DNA of 64,000 bases from Minisyncoccota bacterium (GTDB lineage: Bacteria; Patescibacteriota; Minisyncoccia; Phycocordibacterales; UBA9973), in contig DATDWM010000018.1 in assembly GCA_036517375.1 (NCBI GenBank), forward strand, positions 9,004 to 73,003, in the 5' to 3' direction. Shown piece after piece: positions 27,646-37,074 of the stretch. Under the pieces are notes generated by a model. The model saw only the letters and a program-made list of their open reading frames with translations. It searched no databases and was not told the DNA's origin. Within the stretch, counting starts at the first letter, position 1, and each line of letters opens with the position of its first letter. Both the position numbers and the translations under genes were made by a program.

Positions 27646-28533
27646 TTAAGCCAACCTGATTTCACCCAATTCTTCTTTTATTATTTCTTTTATTTCCATT
27701 ATTGAAAGGAGCGCATTGGCGTCCGGAGTGCTCATCTTCATCTTTTTAATTAACTCGTTTCTTTCCACTGGTTCCCGCAATAATTCCACCACCCTTTTTT
27801 CTTCTAGTGACAAATCCGCAAAGAGTTTGGCTTGCTTCTCTTCCGGCTTGTCTAATGTAAATCCTAATGCTTCTAGAACCTCTTCCGCTGAGGTTACCGG
27901 CGTAGCACCCTGGCGTAACAGCCTATTTGTACCTTGAGAATTAGGAGAGAAGATTGAGCCAGGTACTACTAAGAGATCCCTATTATATTCGGTTGTAAGC
28001 CGTGCGGTAATTATTGTTCCTGATTTTTCTGCTGCCTCAATTATTAGCGTTGCTTTGGAAAGTCCCGCCATTAATCTATTCCTTTTTCCAAAGCTCCAGA
28101 GAGTTGCCTTGAAGTCCGGTGGAAATTCTGAAATTAAACATCCACCACTCTCCACCACATCCGCTGCGAGTTTTACGTTGGTCTTGGGGTACATTGCCTC
28201 TGGAGAGAGTCCGGAACCAGGGAATACTAAAATTTTAAGTCCCACGTCAAGTGCTTTCTTGTGCGCAATAGCATCTATGCCCATAGCGAGTCCGGAAACT
28301 ATTACAATAGGATATCCCCGAAGTCCTGCAATTATTTTTTCACAGGCATCGCGTCCATAGGAAGTAAACTTCCGGGAGCCCACAACGCACAAATAAATAT
28401 AATTAGCGGGAGGCATCTCGCCCATAACCCATAGATCTTTGGGCGGTTGCGGGATTTCCAGAAGGGCTTTAGGAAATTCTTCTTTTGGAAGTTTTTCAAT
28501 AGGGTTCTTCATGCTGGTTTTGTAATTATACAA
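27646..28533 (-). CDS. dprA: DNA processing protein DprA (Smf)
   Basis: Rossmann-like VVGSRKFTSYG...IVSGLAMGIDAIAHKKAL, typical of DprA. 295 aa. Confidence 0.85.
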   Translation of the reverse strand: MYNYKTSMKNPIEKLPKEEFPKALLEIPQPPKDLWVMGEMPPANYIYLCVVGSRKFTSYGRDACEKIIAGLRGYPIVIVSGLAMGIDAIAHKKALDVGLKILVFPGSGLSPEAMYPKTNVKLAADVVESGGCLISEFPPDFKATLWSFGKRNRLMAGLSKATLIIEAAEKSGTIITARLTTEYNRDLLVVPGSIFSPNSQGTNRLLRQGATPVTSAEEVLEALGFTLDKPEEKQAKLFADLSLEEKRVVELLREPVERNELIKKMKMSTPDANALLSIMEIKEIIKEELGEIRLA

Positions 28534-28555
28534 GTATTACTATATAATACAAAAC

Positions 28556-29821
28556 ATGTTAGACATCAAGTTTATTCGTGAAAACAAGGAGATAGTGCAA
28601 GCCGGAGCCAAGAAGAAGCTGGTGGATATTGATATTGAAAAGCTACTAGCTCTCGACGACGAGCGTCTAAGTGAGCTCAAAGCTATTGAAGATTTACGCG
28701 CAGAAGTAAACCGCGTGTCGAATGACATCAGCCGCGACCAGGAATCCGCGCTCAAAGTTCAGCTGATTGAAGAAATGCGTTCAGTAAAAGAAGACATCAA
28801 GAGTAAGGAGGAAAAACTGAAGGGGATTATGGAAGAATGGCAGAAGATCATGCTCCAGGTTCCAAATGTTCCTGACATGTCAGTACCGGAAGGGGGTGGT
28901 GAAGAAGATAATAAAGAAATAAAATCTTGGGGCGAGAAACCTGTGTTTGATTTTGAACCGAAAAATCACATTGAGCTCATGGTGGCTTTGGATATGGCTG
29001 ATTTTGAACGAGGAACCAAGGTCCATGGCTTCCGAGGATACTTTTTAAAAAATGATGGGGCTCTACTTTCTTGGGCAATTTGGAATTATGCGCAGGAATT
29101 CTTTTTAAGTAAAAATTTTAATCCGTTTATTGCGCCTGCTATCGTGAATAAAGAATATTTTTTTGGTACAGGACATTTACCTGGTAGCGCTGAAGATATT
29201 TTCCAAACTCAAGATGGGCAATATTTAGCGGGCACAGCGGAAGTGCCGATGATGGCATACCACGCAAACGAAATATTTGCGCAAAATGAATTGCCAAAAC
29301 GATACCTTGCGTTTTCACCTTGTTACAGACGCGAAGCGGGAGCTCATTCAAAAGACGTGAAAGGACTCATACGCGTGCATGAATTTTACAAACTTGAACA
29401 GCTTATTTTATGTGAAGCAAACCACGAAGAATCTGTAAAATTCCATGAGGAGTTAAATAGAAACACAGAAGAATTCGTAGAATCTTTAAGGATTCCGTAC
29501 AGGCAAGTTGTCATATGCACTGGTGATTTAAAGACAGCGCACGTGAAGTCATATGATACTGAGCTTTGGGTCCCGAAAGAGGGCACTTATCGTGAAATAG
29601 GAAGCGCGTCATATTATCATGATTTCCAAACAAGAAGATTTAATACAAGATATCGAGACGAAACAGGAAAAATAAAATACATGCACTCGCTAAATGCTAC
29701 AGCCATACCAACTCCAAGGATATTAGTTTCCTTAGTTGAGAATTTCCAGCAGGCAGACGGTTCCGTGATGATTCCAGAAGTTTTGCGTAAATATATGGGT
29801 GGCAGAGAATTTATTAAGTAG
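28556..29821 (+). CDS. serS: Seryl-tRNA synthetase
   Basis: N-terminal coiled-coil arm MLDIKFIREN... and class II aaRS motifs (FRGYFLKNDGA..., GSASYYHDFQTRRF). 421 aa. Confidence 0.9.
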   Translation: MLDIKFIRENKEIVQAGAKKKLVDIDIEKLLALDDERLSELKAIEDLRAEVNRVSNDISRDQESALKVQLIEEMRSVKEDIKSKEEKLKGIMEEWQKIMLQVPNVPDMSVPEGGGEEDNKEIKSWGEKPVFDFEPKNHIELMVALDMADFERGTKVHGFRGYFLKNDGALLSWAIWNYAQEFFLSKNFNPFIAPAIVNKEYFFGTGHLPGSAEDIFQTQDGQYLAGTAEVPMMAYHANEIFAQNELPKRYLAFSPCYRREAGAHSKDVKGLIRVHEFYKLEQLILCEANHEESVKFHEELNRNTEEFVESLRIPYRQVVICTGDLKTAHVKSYDTELWVPKEGTYREIGSASYYHDFQTRRFNTRYRDETGKIKYMHSLNATAIPTPRILVSLVENFQQADGSVMIPEVLRKYMGGREFIK

Positions 29822-29831
29822 CTAAAATCGT

Positions 29832-30674
29832 ATGTTAAAGAGAAACGCATTAAACTCTCCACGTCTTTTGGAATTAAAACGAAAGAGGCAAAATGCCTTC
29901 CGTAATAAAATATTATTTTTTGTTTTCCTGCTCATCTTGCTTATCATAGGGAGCGTGTATCTTTCTAGAATATCCGGACTCAACATTAAGGGGGTAGAAA
30001 TCTCAGGTAATAATGTAGTTGATACTGAAAATATTAAAGAAGTGGTGAACGAAAAGTTAACTGGGAAATATTTGTGGTTTTTCCCCAGGACTAATGTTTT
30101 GTTCTATCCTAGTGATAAAATCAAAACTGATTTATACGAAAAATTCCAAGGATTACAAGATATTAATCTCCGCATAAATAGTAAAGGGGTTCTGGAAATT
30201 TCAGTTTCAGAAAGAAGCGCCATCTATACTTGGTGTGGTAAAGTACCACTGGATGCGGGTGGGGTTACCCAGAAATGTAATTTTATGGATAAAGATGGTT
30301 ACGTCTTTGACGAAGCGCCGTATTTTTCTGGAGAAGTTTATTTCAAGTTTTATGGCGGAGCCTTAGAGAAACCAAGTCCTATTTTCAGCCAGCTTGTTTT
30401 ATTTAAAGAAAATCTAGAAAAAAACGGACTAAAAATTAGCTCTATTTATGTGGCTGATGATGGCGACGGCAAGGTGTTTCTTTCTTCCGCGGGTAAATCC
30501 GCGACAGAAGGACAAATACTTTTTAAAACAGATGCGGACTTAGAAATAGTAGTAGTGAATTTAGTCACAGCGCTAGCAGCCGAGCCACTTAAAAGTGAGT
30601 TTAAAAACAAGTATTCCTTACTTTCGTATATTGATCTAAGGTTTGGGAATAAAGTTTACTATAAGTTCAAATGA
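29832..30674 (+). CDS. ftsQ: Cell division protein FtsQ/DivIB-like (single N-terminal TM + POTRA)
   Basis: A basic N-terminus, a TM helix ILFFVFLLILLIIGSVYL, then a POTRA-like ISGLNIKGVEISGNNVV...VLEISVSERSAIYTW. 280 aa. Confidence 0.55.
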   Translation: MLKRNALNSPRLLELKRKRQNAFRNKILFFVFLLILLIIGSVYLSRISGLNIKGVEISGNNVVDTENIKEVVNEKLTGKYLWFFPRTNVLFYPSDKIKTDLYEKFQGLQDINLRINSKGVLEISVSERSAIYTWCGKVPLDAGGVTQKCNFMDKDGYVFDEAPYFSGEVYFKFYGGALEKPSPIFSQLVLFKENLEKNGLKISSIYVADDGDGKVFLSSAGKSATEGQILFKTDADLEIVVVNLVTALAAEPLKSEFKNKYSLLSYIDLRFGNKVYYKFK

Positions 30675-30747
30675 GACAAAAAATGAAAATTTATTTACAC
30701 TTTAGTCGAATGCAGAATTTATATTGTACCCAGTTATATAAGTTCAA

Positions 30748-31782
30748 ATGAGGATGAAAAACTTTTGGAAAGAGTTAAAGAAACCTATTTTCGTATTGGC
30801 GCCAATGGCAGATGTTACCGACTATGCTTACCGGCAAGTTATTAGGAAGTATGGGAAACCCGATGTTTTCTGGACTGAGTTCGTCTCCGCGGATGGACTG
30901 GCGCACCCGGTGGCGCGTGAGAAGCTCTTAATTGATTTGAAATATTCTCAAAACGAGCATCCGATAGTCGCGCAGATCTTCGGCGGGAAACCAGAAAATA
31001 TTAAAGTAGCTTCGGCGCTATGCCTTGAGCTAGGCTTTGACGGTGTTGATATTAACATGGGCTGTCCAGATAAGTCAGTAGAGAAGCAGTGTGCTGGCGC
31101 AGCCATGATGCGGGATGTGGAACTTGCTAAGAAAATAATTAGAGCCGCTAAAGTAGGGGCAGAGTCCGCGGGTCAGGGGATACCTGTGTCGGTAAAGACT
31201 CGCATTGGATATAATAAAAATGAAATAGAAACTTGGATACCAGCACTCCTAGAAGAAGATTTAGCAGTGCTTACAGTGCATCTGCGAACTCGCAAAGAAA
31301 TGTCTAATGTTCCGGCTCACTGGGATGTGATGAAAAGAATCATTGAAATCCGAGATGAAATGAAAGTAGAAACTTTAATTTTAGGAAATGGGGATGCGGT
31401 AGACTTGAAAGATGCACAGCAAAAGGTGAAAGACTTTGGCTGTGATGGAGCCATGCTCGGCCGAGCAATATTTGGCAATCCGTGGTTGTTTGGTAAAATC
31501 CATACTGGTTTTTTGTCGCTACGTACGGCCGAGCCGAATTCCTCTCTCCAAAAAATAAGTAAGGATTTTATTGAAAACAAGTTAAAGGTGATGACAGAAC
31601 ATACGAAACTTTTTGAAGAAATGCTCGGCCAATATAAAAACTTTGCAATAATGAAAAAGCACTATAAAGCGTACGTAAACGGCTTTGAGGGGGCAAAAGA
31701 ATTACGAATGAAGCTCATGGAGGCAGAAAATGCAGATCAGGTTGGTAATATTGTTAATGATTTTTTATTAAATTTGGGGTAG
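30748..31782 (+). CDS. dus: tRNA-dihydrouridine synthase
   Basis: FVLAPMADVTDYAYRQV and an FMN-binding TIM barrel with catalytic Cys (NMGCPDKSV). 344 aa. Confidence 0.85.
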   Translation: MRMKNFWKELKKPIFVLAPMADVTDYAYRQVIRKYGKPDVFWTEFVSADGLAHPVAREKLLIDLKYSQNEHPIVAQIFGGKPENIKVASALCLELGFDGVDINMGCPDKSVEKQCAGAAMMRDVELAKKIIRAAKVGAESAGQGIPVSVKTRIGYNKNEIETWIPALLEEDLAVLTVHLRTRKEMSNVPAHWDVMKRIIEIRDEMKVETLILGNGDAVDLKDAQQKVKDFGCDGAMLGRAIFGNPWLFGKIHTGFLSLRTAEPNSSLQKISKDFIENKLKVMTEHTKLFEEMLGQYKNFAIMKKHYKAYVNGFEGAKELRMKLMEAENADQVGNIVNDFLLNLG

Positions 31783-31791
31783 AATGGTTCC

Positions 31792-32859
31792 ATGCACGAC
31801 TTGGCATTATATCGTAAATATCGACCGAAAACCTGGAAAGATGTCTTGGGTCAAGACCACATAGTAGATATACTAGAGAGCTCTGTTATAAATAATAAAG
31901 TTTCTCACGCATATCTGTTTGTAGGCACACGTGGTACAGGTAAGACTTCAGTGGCTAGAATCTTTGCTACCGCCATTGGCGTATCGGTAAATGATTTGTA
32001 CGAAATAGATGCGGCTTCAAACAGGGGAATTGAGGACATCAAGATGCTTCGCGACGGAGTGCGGGTACTGCCTTTCGATTCCAAGTATAAGGTTTACATA
32101 ATAGATGAGGTGCATATGCTCTCCAAGGATGCCTGGGGAGCTCTTTTGAAAACTCTGGAAGAGCCACCGAAGCATGTGATTTTTATTTTAGCTACTACTG
32201 AGTTTCATAAAGTACCGGACACTATAATATCCCGTTGTCAGGTTTTTACTTTCAGAAAAGCTTCTGACGCGGTGCTTAAGAAGATGTTGCTTGATGTGGC
32301 AGAGTCTGAGGACTATGAATTAGATGCAAGTGGAGCGGAACTCTTGGCTATCCTGGGGGACGGTTCCTTCCGAAATGCCCTAGGTGAGCTTCAGAAAGTT
32401 TTAAACTTCCACAACAAGGAAGGCAAGGATACTAAAAGTAAAAAAAGTACAAAGATTTCAAAGGAAGATGTGGAAAAGATTACTGGCGCGCCGAAGACTA
32501 TTCTAGTAAATGATTTTATCTCTGCAATTGCTACAAAGAATATTGAGTTAGGTATGCGAGCCGTCAGGACTGCCTCCCAAGAAAATTTAGATATGAAGCT
32601 TTACTTCAAGCTTATCGTGGAGAAGTTCCGCTTGGCCATAATTCTACGCTATGCGCCGAATCTTGAGGAAGAAATGGCAGTAGATATGGGGGAGACGGAT
32701 TTAGAATTTTTAAAGGCCTTAGTTAAGGAAGACAAAGGGGGAATGCTCCGTTCCGCAGCACTCACTATGCTCCTCGAGGAGTACCAGAATATGGACAATG
32801 CCTTTATCGCAGAGCTACCGCTTGAGCTTGCCTTAGTGCGAATCTTGGGTTCCGATTAA
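31792..32859 (+). CDS. dnaX: DNA polymerase III subunit gamma/tau (short form)
   Basis: HAYLFVGTRGTGKTSVARIFA Walker A, DEVHML Walker B, SRCQ sensor. 355 aa. Confidence 0.85.
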   Translation: MHDLALYRKYRPKTWKDVLGQDHIVDILESSVINNKVSHAYLFVGTRGTGKTSVARIFATAIGVSVNDLYEIDAASNRGIEDIKMLRDGVRVLPFDSKYKVYIIDEVHMLSKDAWGALLKTLEEPPKHVIFILATTEFHKVPDTIISRCQVFTFRKASDAVLKKMLLDVAESEDYELDASGAELLAILGDGSFRNALGELQKVLNFHNKEGKDTKSKKSTKISKEDVEKITGAPKTILVNDFISAIATKNIELGMRAVRTASQENLDMKLYFKLIVEKFRLAIILRYAPNLEEEMAVDMGETDLEFLKALVKEDKGGMLRSAALTMLLEEYQNMDNAFIAELPLELALVRILGSD

Positions 32860-32868
32860 CTTTTTGAA

Positions 32869-33228
32869 TCAGTATTTATTTCCCAGATCCTTGTATACCA
32901 TGGTAGCGGAAAGCATATTTGCGAGCACTGCTCTGAAATAATTCCTTGAATGATTGTTTGACTTTCTTACGCTTACTTCGTACTTTCTAAAATCATCCAT
33001 GGAGATAGTGTCGGGTGTATGTTTTATCTTATACCACATGTCAGCATCTTCCTCGGTGAGCTCTGCAGGAATGACTTCATTTAGTTCTAAGGCACCCACA
33101 GGCCTGTTTTTCTTGTCGTTTTTCGAGGAGCGTATGAGTTCTGAAATTTGCATACGCCAGTTAGCCATGTTTATGGCTTCTGCGCCACCTAGCTTTGGAA
33201 CTTTATTTGGTTCTGGTATTTTATCCAT
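32869..33228 (-). CDS. Hypothetical protein
   Basis: 119-aa ORF. No recognisable motifs. Location and coding-like composition only. Confidence 0.35.
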   Translation of the reverse strand: MDKIPEPNKVPKLGGAEAINMANWRMQISELIRSSKNDKKNRPVGALELNEVIPAELTEEDADMWYKIKHTPDTISMDDFRKYEVSVRKSNNHSRNYFRAVLANMLSATMVYKDLGNKY

Positions 33229-33282
33229 ATATCTTTATATTATTCCACATTTATGATACCCTTGTAAATACAATATCAACAT

Positions 33283-33353
33283 TGGGAGATCGTCTAATGG
33301 TAGGACAGCGGCCTTTGAAGCCGTGAATCATGGTTCGAGTCCATGTCTCCCAG
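33283..33353 (+). tRNA. tRNA-Gln (anticodon TTG)
   Basis: Manual fold. Acceptor UGGGAGA/UCUCCCA with U1-A72, as in bacterial tRNA-Gln. Anticodon stem GCGGC/GCCGU, loop CUUUGAA. T-arm CATGGTTCGAGTCCATG. Discriminator G. Confidence 0.8.
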
Positions 33354-33381
33354 CAATCCTTCACCAAGGTTTCGTAGTTGT

Positions 33382-33819
33382 TTATGCAGCTTCAATGTGT
33401 TCCTTTTTACCTGTCTCTTTCTGCTCTTCTCCCATAGAGATACGTGGGTAAGCTTGTCTCATTTTATCGAGCGACTCAGCATCTCCCAACATTCGCAATG
33501 ATTCTGCAAATAAACGCTGGTCACTCATCTCATCGTGGTAGCGGTCAACTCCTTCAGGTCTAACATCACCGCGTAATATTACATATAATTTAATTTTTGG
33601 ATCAGTAATACCTTCTGCCTTGTTTAATTCAATTTTTGAAAATCTCGCAATTCCTTCTGCTTGTGCTATTAGTGTTTTATCAAATGTGGTTACACTCTCA
33701 GCTCTGGCAAGAGCACTTCTATAATCTTCCTCATTGATAATACCACCTAGCTTCTGATATCGATGATAGGACTCATCTTCTTTTTTATTAGGATACATTT
33801 CAAAAAAATTAGAATTCAT
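33382..33819 (-). CDS. Hypothetical protein
   Basis: 145-aa ORF. No recognisable motifs. Confidence 0.35.
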   Translation of the reverse strand: MNSNFFEMYPNKKEDESYHRYQKLGGIINEEDYRSALARAESVTTFDKTLIAQAEGIARFSKIELNKAEGITDPKIKLYVILRGDVRPEGVDRYHDEMSDQRLFAESLRMLGDAESLDKMRQAYPRISMGEEQKETGKKEHIEAA

Positions 33820-33942
33820 ATTAAAATGATATCATATCCAGTAAGAGTTAACAATAACCATCAACTCTGTAATTTGAGATATTATTACTAATTAAGGTTA
33901 CAATTTTGCACCAGACATCCAGCTCGTATTTTTAACATTATT

Positions 33943-33951
33943 TGGTATAAT
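33943..33951 (+). promoter_or_regulatory. Putative extended -10 promoter element (TGgTATAAT) upstream of the cupin gene
   Basis: TG at 33943-33944 and TATAAT at 33946-33951, about 48 nt upstream of the ATG at 34000. Confidence 0.3.
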
Positions 33952-33999
33952 TATTTAGTCGAACTAAAAGCTTAAGGACTAGATTAAGAAAACAATATT

Positions 34000-34398
34000 A
34001 TGAAAGGATACATTGCAAACATAGAAAAAATAACGGAGGAAAATCAGAACTTTAGACAAGTACTGTATACTGCCAAGTACAGCCAGCTTGTCGTTATGAG
34101 CTTAAAATCTAACGAAGATATCGGGGAGGAAACTCACCAGCTTGATCAGTTTATAAGATGTGAGAGTGGGCAAGGGAAAGCCGTCTTAGATGGTGTTGAA
34201 CACGAAATCAGTGATGGATTTAGTGTTGTGGTGCCAGCCGGAACAAAGCATAACATTATAAATACTTCATCAGATAAACCTTTAAAACTTTACTCTTTGT
34301 ATTCTCCGCCAAACCACTTAGACGGCACGATTCATAAAACTAAAGCCGATGCACTGGCAGACGAAGGAGAACATTTTAATGGCGTAACAACAGAATAA
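34000..34398 (+). CDS. Cupin-domain protein
   Basis: GVEHEISDGFSVVVPAGTKHNIINTS fits the cupin motifs G(X)5HXH...PxG...H...N. 132 aa. Confidence 0.6.
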   Translation: MKGYIANIEKITEENQNFRQVLYTAKYSQLVVMSLKSNEDIGEETHQLDQFIRCESGQGKAVLDGVEHEISDGFSVVVPAGTKHNIINTSSDKPLKLYSLYSPPNHLDGTIHKTKADALADEGEHFNGVTTE

Positions 34399-34431
34399 AA
34401 TTTCCCTTCGGCCATCGCTATTAGTAATTTC

Positions 34432-35202
34432 ATGAAAGAATTTTTAGTTTTTGGAATTAAACAAGCCCACGCGGCTATCTTCGCAGGATCTTTCTTTGTT
34501 CTGCTTTTTCTTTCAAATCATATTCCGCTTTTTGGACTTCCTAGGTACGACTTTTTATTCTTAGCTGCAGTGCTAATACAGGCAATACTTTATTTCACTA
34601 AAATGGAAACCAAGGACGAAGTAAAAGTTATCTTCTTATTTCACATAATTGGTTTAGTTTTAGAACTTTATAAAACACATCCCTCTGTCGGATCGTGGAG
34701 TTACCCTGAAGAGGCATTTTTAAAAATCGCCACAGTTCCTCTCTACAGCGGATTTATGTATGCAGCGATAGGAAGTTACATAAGTCAGTCCTGGAAAATA
34801 ATGAAGCTAGAGCTTACCAACTACTCACACTACGGACTAAGTGTTTTACTTTGCGGCCTAATTTACCTTAACTTTTTTACTAATCATTACATATATGACT
34901 TTAGAATATTTCTAATAATTGCTGTTTTTGCTTTCTTTTGGAAAACCAGAGTGTATTTCACGGTGACTAATATTCGCCGCTTCATGCCGATGAATTTAGC
35001 CTTTCTTTTGATAGCATTTTTTATTTGGATTGCGGAAAACATTTCCACTTATTTCGGCGCCTGGCAATATCCCAACCAAGTCCATGCGTGGAATGTAGTT
35101 TCTACAAGTAAAATAACTTCTTGGTTCTTAATGGTCATTATTAGCTTTATTTTAGTTGCGTACCTAAAACATTTCAAGAAAGATGTTTTAAAGAAATCCT
35201 AG
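34432..35202 (+). CDS. Integral membrane protein of unknown function (about 7 predicted TM helices)
   Basis: 256 aa. Strongly hydrophobic segments throughout. No catalytic motif recognised. Confidence 0.5.
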   Translation: MKEFLVFGIKQAHAAIFAGSFFVLLFLSNHIPLFGLPRYDFLFLAAVLIQAILYFTKMETKDEVKVIFLFHIIGLVLELYKTHPSVGSWSYPEEAFLKIATVPLYSGFMYAAIGSYISQSWKIMKLELTNYSHYGLSVLLCGLIYLNFFTNHYIYDFRIFLIIAVFAFFWKTRVYFTVTNIRRFMPMNLAFLLIAFFIWIAENISTYFGAWQYPNQVHAWNVVSTSKITSWFLMVIISFILVAYLKHFKKDVLKKS

Positions 35203-35238
35203 TTTATGAAAGTTGAGGAAATTTGATATACTAAATTA

Positions 35239-35529
35239 GTGAAAATTAATGTTGAAAATTTAAAAGGCACCCCGTTCCAGAAAAAAGTCTGGCAGGAGCT
35301 TTTGAGGATTCCGAAAGGTAAGACAATTACTTACCAGAACTTAGCTCATAAAGTAGGCATGCCTAAGGCGGTCCGGGCAGTGGCCAACGCTGTGGGGGCA
35401 AATCCTTTAATAATAAAAATTCCATGCCACCGAGTTGTGAGGAGTGATGGAACCCTAGGTGGCTATTCAGGTAAGGGTGGTATTAATACCAAAAGAGCGC
35501 TTTTAATTAAAGAAGGTGTAGAAATTTAA
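35239..35529 (+). CDS. ogt: Methylated-DNA--protein-cysteine methyltransferase, C-terminal DNA-binding/active-site domain only
   Basis: KVWQELLRIPKGKTITYQNLA...IPCHRVV has the PCHRV active-site Cys motif of MGMT/Ogt. Only 96 aa, so the N-terminal domain is missing. Confidence 0.7.
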   Translation: MKINVENLKGTPFQKKVWQELLRIPKGKTITYQNLAHKVGMPKAVRAVANAVGANPLIIKIPCHRVVRSDGTLGGYSGKGGINTKRALLIKEGVEI

Positions 35530-35531
35530 AC

Positions 35532-36200
35532 ATGGACATAGAGATAAAGACAACTACAGAACCTAAAGTTGCTGCAGAATTTCTGGCTAGCCGGATTTTA
35601 GAAAAGTTAGGACTCAATAAAAAAGTTCTGTGGTTTGTACCTGGTGGTTCTTCAATAAAGGTTGCCGCAGAAGCGGCAAAAATAATTTCAAAAAATCCGC
35701 ATCAGAACCTCGCTGTGATGCTTACAGACGAGCGCTATGGACCCGTCGGATTTCCGGATTCGAATTGGCAGCAACTCCTCGACACCGGGTTTTCTTTAGT
35801 GGAAGCGAAGCTAATGCCCGTTTTAAACGGTAGTGCCAGAGAAGAGACAACAGAGAATTTCAACATAAATCTAAAGTTAGAATTAGAGAGAGCGGATTAT
35901 AAAATTGGTTTATTCGGAATAGGGACCGATAGTCATACAGCTGGGATTTTACCGGAAAGCCCCGCGATTGAGAGTAAAGAATTTGCCTTTAGGTACAATA
36001 CGGAGAAATTTGAACGCATTACCATAACACCCAAAACCATAGTAGAATTAGACGAAGCTGTTGTTTTCGTGCAAGGGGAGGGGAAATGGGGAGTGCTCGA
36101 GAATTTTAAAAATAAAAATGTAGATCTCCGGACAGCGCCAGTGCAGATTTTAAAAGTAGTGCCCAAAGTTACAATTTTTAGTGATTATCCAAATAAGTAA
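35532..36200 (+). CDS. pgl: 6-phosphogluconolactonase-like (NagB/RpiA/CoA-transferase-like fold)
   Basis: The LTDERYG motif region and position immediately upstream of gnd and zwf support Pgl over glucosamine-6-P deaminase. 222 aa. Confidence 0.65.
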   Translation: MDIEIKTTTEPKVAAEFLASRILEKLGLNKKVLWFVPGGSSIKVAAEAAKIISKNPHQNLAVMLTDERYGPVGFPDSNWQQLLDTGFSLVEAKLMPVLNGSAREETTENFNINLKLELERADYKIGLFGIGTDSHTAGILPESPAIESKEFAFRYNTEKFERITITPKTIVELDEAVVFVQGEGKWGVLENFKNKNVDLRTAPVQILKVVPKVTIFSDYPNK

Positions 36201-36207
36201 AAATAGT

Positions 36208-37074
36208 ATGAAAAAAATTGCAGTTGCAGGATTGGGTAAAATGGGAAGTCAGATAGCAAAAAAACTTGAAGAGGGTGGTTTTATTGTAATTCCGCATCAT
36301 ACAGAGGATGACAAGAGTAAGACATTAAATGCTTTCAGTGAAGATCAGGTAGTGATTTGGTTAATGATTCCTTCAGGGGTAGTAGACGCGCAACTAGACC
36401 TATGGCTTAAATTAATTCCGAAGGGAAGTATTTTAATAGACGGCGGAAATTCTGATTTCAGGCTCACAAAAGTGCGAGCGGAAAAAGTGGCGGGCTTAGG
36501 TTCTGTCCTGCTTGACATCGGTACCAGCGGTGGAGTCTGGGGGTATCAAAACGGCTTTGCTATGATGTGTGGTGGAGAAAAAAATTCATTTGAAATAATT
36601 GAACCAGTTTTAAAAACCTTGGCATTGCCCCTAGGCGCGTATCATCATTTCGGAGAGAGTGGTTCAGGGCACTTTGTAAAAATGACCCACAACGCCATTG
36701 AGTACGGCATGATGGAGTCCTTAGCGGAAGGCTATCGACTACTTAAGGAAGGACCGTATAAAAATATTGACCTCGTCGCGGCAGGTGAAGTATGGCAACG
36801 TCACAGTGTTATCACTTCTTGGCTGAATGAACTCACTCGGGATGCTTTGAAAGAAAATCCGGAGCTCGGAGGCATTGAGGGTGTAGTAGCAGAATCCGGT
36901 GAGGCACGCTGGGCACTTGAGGTAGCTCAAAATTTAAAAATAGAAACGCCTTCAATTCAGGCTGCATTTGATGTACGTCTCCAGTCTCAGAAAGGAAAAA
37001 TTAATTTTACCACCAAGTTGCTCGCAGCTATGCGGAATGCCTTCGGCGGGCACAATATTCATGGAAAACAATAG
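36208..37074 (+). CDS. gnd: 6-phosphogluconate dehydrogenase (decarboxylating), short about 300-aa form
   Basis: Rossmann IAVAGLGKMGSQIAKKL and HFVKMTHNAIEYGMMESLAEGY. ATG 36208 is preferred over the ORF-track GTG at 36181, which overlaps the pgl stop. Confidence 0.75.
   Translation: MKKIAVAGLGKMGSQIAKKLEEGGFIVIPHHTEDDKSKTLNAFSEDQVVIWLMIPSGVVDAQLDLWLKLIPKGSILIDGGNSDFRLTKVRAEKVAGLGSVLLDIGTSGGVWGYQNGFAMMCGGEKNSFEIIEPVLKTLALPLGAYHHFGESGSGHFVKMTHNAIEYGMMESLAEGYRLLKEGPYKNIDLVAAGEVWQRHSVITSWLNELTRDALKENPELGGIEGVVAESGEARWALEVAQNLKIETPSIQAAFDVRLQSQKGKINFTTKLLAAMRNAFGGHNIHGKQ

Noticed and set aside
36968-37060. 93-nt N-terminal extension of zwf in the ORF track
   Set aside because: It is the gnd 3' end in another frame. 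The G6PD motif GASGDLA follows ATG 37061 at the canonical distance.
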